Assembly: GCF_006345805.1 (NCBI RefSeq)
Contig: NC_043004.1
Coordinates: 102,548,001-102,612,000 of the forward strand
Direction: 5' to 3'
Length of the DNA stretch: 64,000 nt
Origin: Octopus sinensis
Lineage: Eukaryota
Shown in pieces: positions 54,401-64,000 of the stretch (position 1 is its first letter; each line of letters opens with the position of its first letter). Made by a program: the position numbers and the translations under genes. The notes beneath the pieces were generated by a model. The model made no database searches, was not told the origin of the DNA, and worked only from the letters and a program-made list of their open reading frames with translations.

Positions 54401-55201
54401 TTGAATATATTTGTGTTTTTTTTTTTCAAATGGCTGTATGTAATGTGTATTAGATCTTTGCCTCTATTATGTATATTTAATGGCTTTCTTTATAATGTAT
54501 GTACATTTAATGACTATTATGATGTATTTATATTTAATGTAAGCCTTTGTTTCGTGTGTGTATATTGTTTATTACAATGACTATTGAAGGACTGTCTCTA
54601 ATGTCTGTCTGACCGTGTGTTAGATGTTTAATAGCTGTCCATATAAGTCTTCACTGCTGTGATCATCTCCCTAAAGCACTTGTTACTAGTTAATCATTCT
54701 AGATAGATGTGATATTGTTTCAGCAGTTGTCAGTAATGGGATGTTAGTTAATGCTTCCCGTAATAATATGGTATTTAATGTCCATCTTTATTTTGTCAGT
54801 TTAATACATCATTTAGCTTTAAGTAGTTGCTACCTTATATAGCATATTAACTGCTTCTCAGGGCTTTTAGTTGAAATACATATTTATCTAGTCATCCAGT
54901 GGAAGTGTTGCTACTCCTCTATAACATTATAAATATATTTTAATATAGCAGTATAAATTTATCACACTATTAACCACTTTCCTTGTATGTTTCTGTCAAT
55001 ATTATGCTTCAGAGAGACCAATTGAAAAACTTGTTCTAAATAGAAATGCATAAGATGAGGTTCAATGAATCCATTCTGCTCTAGAAATAACAACTATAAA
55101 GATGTTAATGTTTGAATATATTTGTGATCAATTTTTGTTCATCACCCCTTTGTTTCTCTTTTTCTTTTTATTATAAACACTATTTTCTTTCACTTTTTCA
55201 G

Positions 55202-55282
55202 AATCTTCTATGCCAAAATCCATTGGGTCGAAAAGGCAAAGACTCTCCTACTATAGAAGCAGCTTCCCAGCAGAGATATGAG
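55202..55282 (+). CDS. RNF220: 81-nt internal coding exon of RNF220-like gene
   Basis: Long pyrimidine tract ending cactttttcag|, donor GAG|gtattc; phase 0/0. Encodes NLLCQNPLGRKGKDSPTIEAASQQRYE; the terminal QRYE parallels DRYQ just before TFLRVRANRQ in human RNF220. Confidence 0.8.
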
Positions 55283-55746
55283 GTATTCATAAAGATAAAC
55301 TGATAGATACCATATTTGAAGGCATAAAAGACACACCCCAATTTCAGGAACGCATATTCAGAGGGAAAAAAATGTTTTTAGTGCATTAAAAGCATGTAAT
55401 ACAGTCCCGACTTTGCATACAGGACCAGGGGTGACTTCTTTTTCTCTTTGAGACATTTTCTTGGGGGTTGAAATGTGTTTTTTATGCCATTAAATATGGT
55501 TGTTCTTATACTAAATGTTATATTTTCCTATTCAATTTTTTTTTCTATTTAAGATTTGGAAAGTTTTATAAATTTGAATAGTTTCTTTAAATTGCTGAAG
55601 CAAGTATTTCTTTCTTACATTTAAATGTGTCAGTATATATATTCTTTCATTCTTTTCAGCCCTAAGGCTAGGCTGTGGCCATGCCGAGGCACTGTATGTG
55701 TATGTGTGTGTACGTATATATATATATATATATATAAGGTATGTAT

Positions 55747-56088
55747 AGGCGCAGGAGTGGTTGTGTGGTAAGTAGCTTGCTTACCAACCACATGGTTCTG
55801 GCTTCAGTCCCACTGCGTGGCACCAGTTTTCTACTATAGCTTCGGGCCGACCAAAGCCTTGTGAGTGGATTTGGTAAACAGAAATTGAAAGAAGCCCGTT
55901 GTGTGTGTGTGTGAGTTTGTATGTCTGTGTTTACATTCTTGTAACTTAGCGGTTCAGCAAAAGAGAACGATAGAATAAGTACCAGGCATTCAAAAGAATA
56001 AGTCCTGGGGTTGATTTGCTCGACTAAAGGTAGTGCTCCAGCATGGCCACAGTCAAATGACTGAAACAGATAAAAGAATAAAGTAAGA
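55747..56088 (+). mobile_element. SINE family A copy
   Basis: aggcgcaggagtgg head through to caaatgactgaaac tail. Confidence 0.8.
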
Positions 56089-56935
56089 GAATATATATAT
56101 ATATATATATTTGAAAATTGAGTTAAATAAAGGACTTGTTGAGATTAGTTCAGGCCAAGCAAGACTACAAAAAAAAAAGGTCCACCAAGGTCAAAAATGA
56201 ATTCAATAAAAACAAATGCATATATGTTTCCCTATCAAGGCCCTCTTCATGTCCACCTCATAGAAAATTTTGTAACTTGATTGACACCACTGATAACTGG
56301 GTTTTATTGCACAACAGTAGAAGTCTAAAACTTGTAAGTGTGAGCTAAAAGTTAACCCATCAAGGAATAAAATACCTTTATTTTTTTAACAGGGACATGA
56401 AGTTTGATTGTATCTAAGACATGGCTTTCCTTGTATGAAATGAAGGGGTTTGTGAGAATTCACTTCTATAAACAATTAATTAAAAATCCGCTTAACAGGA
56501 TGTTGGCAGGCTAGTATGAAATAAAAATCTGAAGATTGCAAGATATATTAAGAGTACATAATAATAGTATATTTAACTATGGACTGCTTTAGGGCTTCAT
56601 TGGGAGTCATGTGTGTGTGTGTGTGTGTAATATTACATTCTGCTATATTGGTAATATGATTAGTGCTAAAAAAGAAAGTATGGAGACCGGGGTATGAATA
56701 GGGTCGATATTGTTCGGAGAATTGTTATCCACAATGGATCTTTCTCTTTGTACAAATGGCATTCTGTCTGAGATGTAAGAGCAAGTATGGTTTTGTGTGG
56801 CGGTGGAATGAGGTTGTTGAGTAGAATTATAGTCATTGTAAAGGAAATTATAATTGGCATGACCAGGCATCTGATTTTAGTGTGGTCAATAACTGTAGAT
56901 TGAGAAGAGGAAAGACTGAATATTTTGTCCAGTTT

Positions 56936-57285
56936 AAGCACCATCCGTTCGTGGCCGTTGCCAGCATCGCCTGGCCCCCGTGTCGGTGGCACATAAAAGC
57001 ACTATCTGTTCGTGGCCGTTGCCAGCCTTGCCTGGCCCCCGTGCCGGTGGCACGTAAAAGCACCATCCGTCCGTGGCTGTCTGCCAGCTCTGTCTGGCAC
57101 CTGTGCGGGTGGCACGTAAAAAGCACCCACTACACTCACGGAGTGGTTGGCGTTAGGAAGGGCATCCAGCCGTAGAAACACTGCCAGATCAGACTGGGCC
57201 TAAAGCAGCCTTCTGGCTTCACAGACCCCAGTTGAACCGTCCAACCCATGCTAGCATGGAAAGCGGACGTTAAACGATGATGATG
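56936..57285 (+). mobile_element. VNTR retroposon B1
   Basis: Units start at 56936, 56997, 57058 and 57121 (61, 61 and 63 bp); body ends ggacgttaaacgatgatgatg. Confidence 0.88.
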
Positions 57286-60200
57286 TATCCATACACATCT
57301 ACACACCCTTTATGCAGACTGTTTAAGATTAGTTTTCAATTAAAGATACCATTTTACTACAATATTTAAAAAGTCAACTTGTGGTTGTAGTGTTGTTGTT
57401 TAGCCCCTGATCGGCCCTAATCCAGTATATTTGTGGTCACAGTAGGGACATTTCATTTTTATTTTTCCGCATGTCCAGTATTTTCTCTTTTTTTGAAATA
57501 TCACATCATGAAATGAAGGAGATTTGGTAGCTATTTCTAGCAATTTGAGTAAACACAAAGGCACCCAGTGTCGACATTAATGTGCATGCTTGAGTGTAAT
57601 CATGAATAACTTATTAATTAACTCTAGATTTGTCAATATTTGTTAACTAGATGTATCTTGTTTTACCATGGGGTCCCCTAGACGAAATATATTACTCTTT
57701 AACTGGTTGAAATTAGGGATCATTTTTACCCAAGTAGTTGATGTGATCAACTAGGCATCTCACTACAGGATATTTTCACAGGAACTTTTGTGGCAGATAT
57801 TTGAATTCTTAGACTCTTGCTAGCATAGAACAATAGATGTTTCAAAAGAAATAATAAGTTCTTTTTTTTAATCTTTACAAGAGGATTTACCTCTCATTTG
57901 TTGTTCTGCTTTTCTCATGAACCATCTGTTGATAGTCTATAGGCAACTAATTTTATTATTTAAGCTGGTCCGGCAAAGGCTTGCTAATTATTCCAGCCAA
58001 CATTAATATTCTTCTGGCTTTATTTTCCTTCTTTCTCTCCTAAACAACTTAACCAAATTTAGTTTACCATTTACATGTCTTTTATCTTAGGTAAGTATTA
58101 TATTATGGAGACGCCTTTTATCATTAGTGTATCAGAACAACCAGATTTGTCGGCAAATGTTTATCAAACGGTGTGTTATCGAGAGCGACATGTTCAATTG
58201 TAAAGTATCTATCATTTACAGTTAGCTAAAATACTTTCATCCGTGCTTCACTAGACATTGTGAAACCACTGTGTGATTTACCCCATTTTATTGGTCCGTC
58301 TTTTACAGTTGTCAATGTTTCCACTAAAGACGCTTTCAAGGTGAAATTCTATTAAATGGGTTTGAGTGTGTGTGTGTGTAGTCCGGTGGAAGGAGGTGGG
58401 TGATGTACAATTCCAGCAACTGTGGCGGCATTTACCTAAAGAATGACACAAACATCAAATTATATTACTTAGAAGGTTTCCCTTTTCATCTTATGTATGT
58501 ACGCACACATACACACACACAGAGACAGAGGCATATGTATATATTCTGTTTAGGCTGTTGGACAAAATATATTACAGTTACAGTAAGTGATGTGAAGAGT
58601 ACAATATGGAAAATTTTGTTTGTTTGTTTGGGTTTTTGAGGGGTGGGATGGGGGAGGACTTTCGTTTTCATATTCTATATAATCTGTATTGTGTGTGTGT
58701 GTGTGTGTGTGTGACTGAAGCTGGACCTCATGCATATTCAGTCTATGGTATGTAGGCATTATTGCTTCAGTGTTTTATTTATTTCTCTACATAGAGAAAT
58801 ATTTTGCTTTCCATTCTCTGTTTTAGTAAGGATTAAATGCTTAAATGCTCTGGAAATTTGCATATAAATTATTGGAGGAGTTATTTTCACGGTTAGGTGT
58901 ATGTTTTTAAACTGTAATGTAGGAATGGGTATTGATGTGTAAAGCTTAAGCAATCAAAGTACCTTCTACAAAACTGAAGTAAATATTAAAGCTACTCTCT
59001 GTAAAATTACTAACGGATTCATCATTAACTTCTACTGATTTTATTTTATCCTTGATTATTTACAGTCATAAGGTTTGGTTATTGTCAATGTATTCTGGTG
59101 TTGAGTTTAAAAATCCAGACAGTATGAGATGAGGGGTTACATGGAAAGGAAACAGTTACAGAATGATTCATACTTTAAGATACGATAGGACAATCTTTTG
59201 TGAGAATGTATGCTGAAACTGTTGATAACTCTAAGAAAGTAAATTTCCTTGCAAACCACAGTAACTATAGTGTTTTAAAACTTACGGAGATCATAAAATT
59301 ATGATTTTTCAGATTTTCAACTTATTTTCAGGAATGAAACATTTTTTAATAAATAGATGCAGACGTGGTTGAGTGGCCAAGAGGTTCACTTCACAAACAT
59401 GTAGTTACAGGTTCAGTCTCATTGCACAACCTTGGACAGTTGTCTTGTGGGTGAATTTGATAGGTAGAAATAGCAAGCCCCCGTCAGGCATATTTGTGTT
59501 TGTGCCTGCAAACATATGTGAATGTCGATATGTCATGGCTTCATTTGTCACTGTCTCAGTAAAACTGATATGATGTTAACATTCTTTGTAGCCATTACAT
59601 CTGGTCACTCTGCACTTTGAAAGACATGTGCAATAGAAATAAAATTCCTGTCTCCTCTCTTAAAAATCAAGTAATGGTTGGTCTAGTAATCCTGCCTCAT
59701 GTTGCCACCCAACCCATTCTAACTCAGGAAAATGGGCATTAAATTAACAAGCAAACATTTCCACTATGTATCAATGTTTTAATCTCTGATTACCATTGCT
59801 TGTGTTATACAAACTGAAGTTGTGCTTGATAGCCTTTATTAAATTAAGGTTAATAAAGCTCTATACTGATTCCTGTACAATTATTATTATTATTTTCATG
59901 TTATTCAGTTTGACGCATGAGTTATGACCCCCGAATGATGATGGTAGAAACATTGTATGAATGTAAATATTTTTTTAAATGTTTCATCTCTAAAGATGAG
60001 ATTAATAGTCCAAAAAATTCTAATCTTACAAGCCACTTAGCATCTCAAGTATTGAGAGATAATATCTATTGTATCTTACAACTTTCTCTAAAAGAAACCT
60101 GTAACTAAATAGGATAGTTTTAGGAATGTTGTCAGTAACCTTTAGTAGTTCACAAGAAGTTAAGTTTAATGAATTAGAAGTAATAATAATGATGGAGACA

Positions 60201-61295
60201 TTGTTTATTTCAGTGTATTCATTGTTTGTTCATTATAAAAATATAACATAGAAGTAAAACATTGATTTAGATGAGCACCTCTTTCAATTATCTACATAGG
60301 TTTTTTTTTTAATTGCTTCTTTACCAATAGCATTAGATCTGATCTTACATCTTGTTCCAGGTCTGACGACCCCATGACAGCTTAGGTATTTGAACTTATC
60401 TCACATCTTCACTCAGGTACAACATTGCCGTATCAGCAATGAGATCATTTCAAATTTTCACTAGAAAATGACACTATCACGCACCACCATAGTAGACAGT
60501 TATGGAGTTGTCTATTTCTTTGTCTTTGTGATAGAAAACAAGTTTGGTAAGCTTTTTATCATAATGTTGTTGTGGTTTAATCTCAGGTCAACTATAATCA
60601 GGTAGACATATCATCAAAGGTACTCAAACTGTGACCATCCCAACTTTGTTTTTTTTTAACCATTTAGACATTTAGGACACATTATCCAATGTGTCCTTTT
60701 TGTAGTCAGTAAGTTGTGATTTATGGAAAGTTTTGGTGTTACCTGGGAGGGGGCAAAAAAAGTAAAGTCTGTCGCAATAGCTCATGTTGGCATAAGTTTC
60801 ATGTGGTGGTAAACAGAGAGAGCTTTAAGATTTATATGGTTCTCTAGTTTCTTTACCATGTATTCTAGACTGCTCACTTCTCCCACTGTAACCTCTACAG
60901 TATAAACTAAATGGTATATTTTACTATATTTGTCAAGACACAAACTCAAAACAAGGAGGGGAGAGGAGGAGATGAGAAAGAAGAACTTTCAAAGCAATTG
61001 TTTAACTTCTCTTCGACAATTCTTATTGAAAATTTCAATTTCAAATAAATTGAAGTGTCTGAAAAAAAATTGTAAATCACAAAAACAAAATATAATAATG
61101 AAATTAAAGAAAACATATAACTTGCTGCTCTAAGATAGGGTTACAGTTTTTTCTTGTGCTTTCTCTAGAATTATATTGGTTTCAGGGTTGAAAAACAGAT
61201 TTCAATTGGATTTATTTTTTATTCTTATGGAATAAATTTGTTTTGTATTGATGTGATATTCTGTTGCAGAAAATTTAGTTAATAATAGTCATAAA

Positions 61296-61335
<40 letters not shown>

Positions 61336-62319
61336 GAGAATGTCCATCCACATGCATGTATGCACACACAAACATACTTGTCACAGTCATAGACATGCAC
61401 ACATGCACATGTGTATGTGCGCACACATACACACAAACATTTTAATAAGTAAATTGTTTTGTGTACATCTCAGCATGTGTGTGTGTGTGTGCGTGTGCGA
61501 GTGAGTGTGAAATGTTATGAATCAATTTCTAATTTCAAATTATTTGTAAACATTTTCATATGTTGTTATTTTTGGTTGGCCGTTTTTTATGTTGTTGTTG
61601 TTGTTATTGATAATATTAATATCATATTAAAAGAAGGAAAGAAGAAATACTGTCCTGTCATATTTGTATCTTGGGGATCCTTTATTGAAAAATGTTTAGT
61701 AATATCCAATAAATCATTGCTGAACTGCCATAAAAACCTTTCCACACCATGCATACTCACACACACACACACACACACACACACGTACGTGTGTGCAGCA
61801 CATACACATGCTGTCATATTTACTGTGCATGTCATTCTATATATTCTACCATTATTTTTTTCTTTCTTTCTTTCTATATTTCTATTTTCTTCTTTTTCCA
61901 CTTATTTGCTCATTCACTACTTGTGCCTCTCAAATATCTAAAAACCACATTATCTTTAATTCGTATTGGAAGGAGGTGGCGGGGGGGGGGGGAATGAACG
62001 ATAGAGATAAGGGTGCAGTGAAGTGACTACTTCCAAGGGTAGAAGTCGGTGGCGGCAGTGATGGTGGTGGTGGTGGTGGTGGTGGTGAAGAAGGTGGTTT
62101 ATCTTTAGCTTGAAGTTCTGAACCAATAAACAGCAGCAGCAGCAGCAACATCTTAGCATCTTCCTATCACACTAGATGTTCCATGATGATATTATACCCC
62201 AGGTGAAGTGGAGACAGAGCGACGTGGAAGGATGGTCGTCGGTGGAACACTCACTGATTCCGAACTTCTCCCCTTTCACTCTCTGCATTTATTACTTTTA
62301 TTCACTTACTTATTTTTTA

Positions 62320-62448
62320 TGCGTGCGTGTGTGTGTGTGTGTATGTGTTGTATGTATTTATGTAGATGTATTTATATATATATATATCTATGTGTTTATA
62401 TTTGTATATCTGTAAGTATGTTTATGTAGGTAGATTTGTATGTATGTT

Positions 62449-62491
<43 letters not shown>

Positions 62492-62581
62492 GTATGTATA
62501 TGTTTTTGTGTGTGTGTGTGTGTATTTTATATGTATATATTTATGTCCTTATGCACAGATCTGCATGCATGTATGTGTGTG

Positions 62582-62649
<68 letters not shown>

Positions 62650-62660
62650 ATATATATATA
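62320..62660. repeat. Compound (TG)n/(TA)n microsatellite
   Basis: Direct inspection. Confidence 0.9.
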
Positions 62661-62661
62661 T

Positions 62662-63286
62662 GTCTATGTTTTTGTGTGTGTGTGTGTATTTTATATGTAT
62701 ATATTATGTCCTTATGCACAGATCTGTGTGCGTGTGTGTGTGTGTGCATTTTATTTTTATTTATTTTTTTTACTTTTATGTGTTTATTTTAAACATGTTG
62801 CTATTGGTTAACTAGCTGTCCGTGAGAGTTAAAGCAGCTGTTTTGCTGGCGTGTAAACACTGCACTAACAGTCTTGTAAATGGGAAGGAACGAGCCGCTC
62901 TCCTTATTGTGAACAGTGTTTGGCACGGCAGCGAGCATGATCAATCTCTTGCCCATGACATGATGTGTTTCTCTTCAGATTCTATGCCCAATGGCGCCAG
63001 ATAAAAGAAGCATCGCTTAATGGCTAACCAGTTTGCAGTAATAAATTGTTCTACCCATATTGATTTGCCCTTTGTTCTGGCAATTTCTTTTCAGGCTCTA
63101 ACATGGCTGATTTCAGCTCAAAGCAAAAACATAAAGAAGATATAAAATACAATATTAAAAAAAAAAAGAAATAATAATAATAATAATGAAAACTAAAAAA
63201 ACACAGGAAATGAGAGAAAAGGGGGGAAAAGAAAAAAAAGAAAGAAAAATATAGTTAGCTAAATAAAATAGAATAGAAGACTAGTG

Positions 63287-63330
<44 letters not shown>

Positions 63331-63953
63331 GTCTATGTTTTTGTGTGTGTGTGTATTTTATATGTATATATTATGTCCTTATGCACAGATCTGTGTGCGT
63401 GTGTGTGTGTGTGCATTTTATTTTTATTTATTTTTTTTACTTTTATGTGTTTATTTTAAACATGTTGCTATTGGTTAACTAGCTGTCCGTGAGAGTTAAA
63501 GCAGCTGTTTTGCTGGCGTGTAAACACTGCACTAACAGTCTTGTAAATGGGAAGGAACGAGCCGCTCTCCTTATTGTGAACAGTGTTTGGCACGGCAGCG
63601 AGCATGATCAATCTCTTGCCCATGACATGATGTGTTTCTCTTCAGATTCTATGCCCAATGGCGCCAGATAAAAGAAGCATCGCTTAATGGCTAACCAGTT
63701 TGCAGTAATAAATTGTTCTACCCATATTGATTTGCCCTTTGTTCTGGCAATTTCTTTTCAGGCTCTAACATGGCTGATTTCAGCTCAAAGCAAAAACATA
63801 AAGAAGATATAAAATACAATATTAAAAAAAAAAAGAAATAATAATAATAATAATGAAAACTAAAAAAACACAGGAAATGAGAGAAAAGGGGGGAAAAGAA
63901 AAAAAAGAAAGAAAAATATAGTTAGCTAAATAAAATAGAATAGAAGACTAGTG

Positions 63954-63957
<4 letters not shown>
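62662..63957. repeat. Near-identical ~630-bp direct tandem duplication bounded by (TA)n
   Basis: 62662-63290 vs 63331-63957, offset 667-669; the only difference I noticed is one GT unit; identical 60-aa ORFs at 62822 and 63489. Confidence 0.95.
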
Positions 63958-63994
<37 letters not shown>

Positions 63995-64000
63995 ATTACA

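Noticed and set aside
61930-62159. ORFs with poly-His, poly-Pro and poly-Cys runs
   Set aside because: Translations of (GGT)n and (CAG)n microsatellites, without splice or homology support.
62822-63004. Duplicated 60-aa ORF MRVKAAVLL...
   Set aside because: Starts at GTG, no homology recognised; identical only because of the tandem duplication.
63941-63954. miR-7-like word TAGAAGACTAGTGA (also 63274-63287)
   Set aside because: Mismatch in the seed, the 3' half diverges, and there is no complementary arm for a precursor hairpin.
55283-64000. Expected next RNF220 exon (TFLRVRANR-like)
   Set aside because: AG-preceded frames at ~60416, ~62191 and ~62978 do not match; the exon is presumably beyond the window.

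Overview
AT-rich, repeat-dense eukaryotic DNA. The SINE families, TTAA-flanked MITEs and long (TA)n/(CA)n tracts look like an Octopus (coleoid cephalopod) genome; this is recognition from memory, not a database search. The only host coding sequence I can support is three small + strand exons (27153-27279, 45110-45152, 55202-55282; 251 nt in total). They splice in phase into a peptide matching the middle region of the E3 ubiquitin ligase RNF220. The first coding exon and the RING-encoding exons appear to lie outside the window, so most of the 64 kb is probably intron. The rest is: several tRNA-derived SINE and retroposon families (some young copies have target-site duplications), a retroposon with an internal VNTR and a (GAT)n tail, decayed piggyBac, Tc1/mariner and RTE-LINE fragments, piggyBac- and hAT-type MITEs, microsatellites, a few CpG-retaining unique stretches that may be regulatory, and a near-identical ~630 bp tandem duplication at the end. 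Almost all ORFs in the supplied track are repeat or microsatellite artefacts. I see no evidence of a CRISPR, defence or other new multi-gene system. The best leads are a candidate alternative RNF220 exon, the hairpin-VNTR retroposon, a piggyBac element that shares ends with local MITEs, and inverted SINE pairs that could be dsRNA/ADAR substrates.
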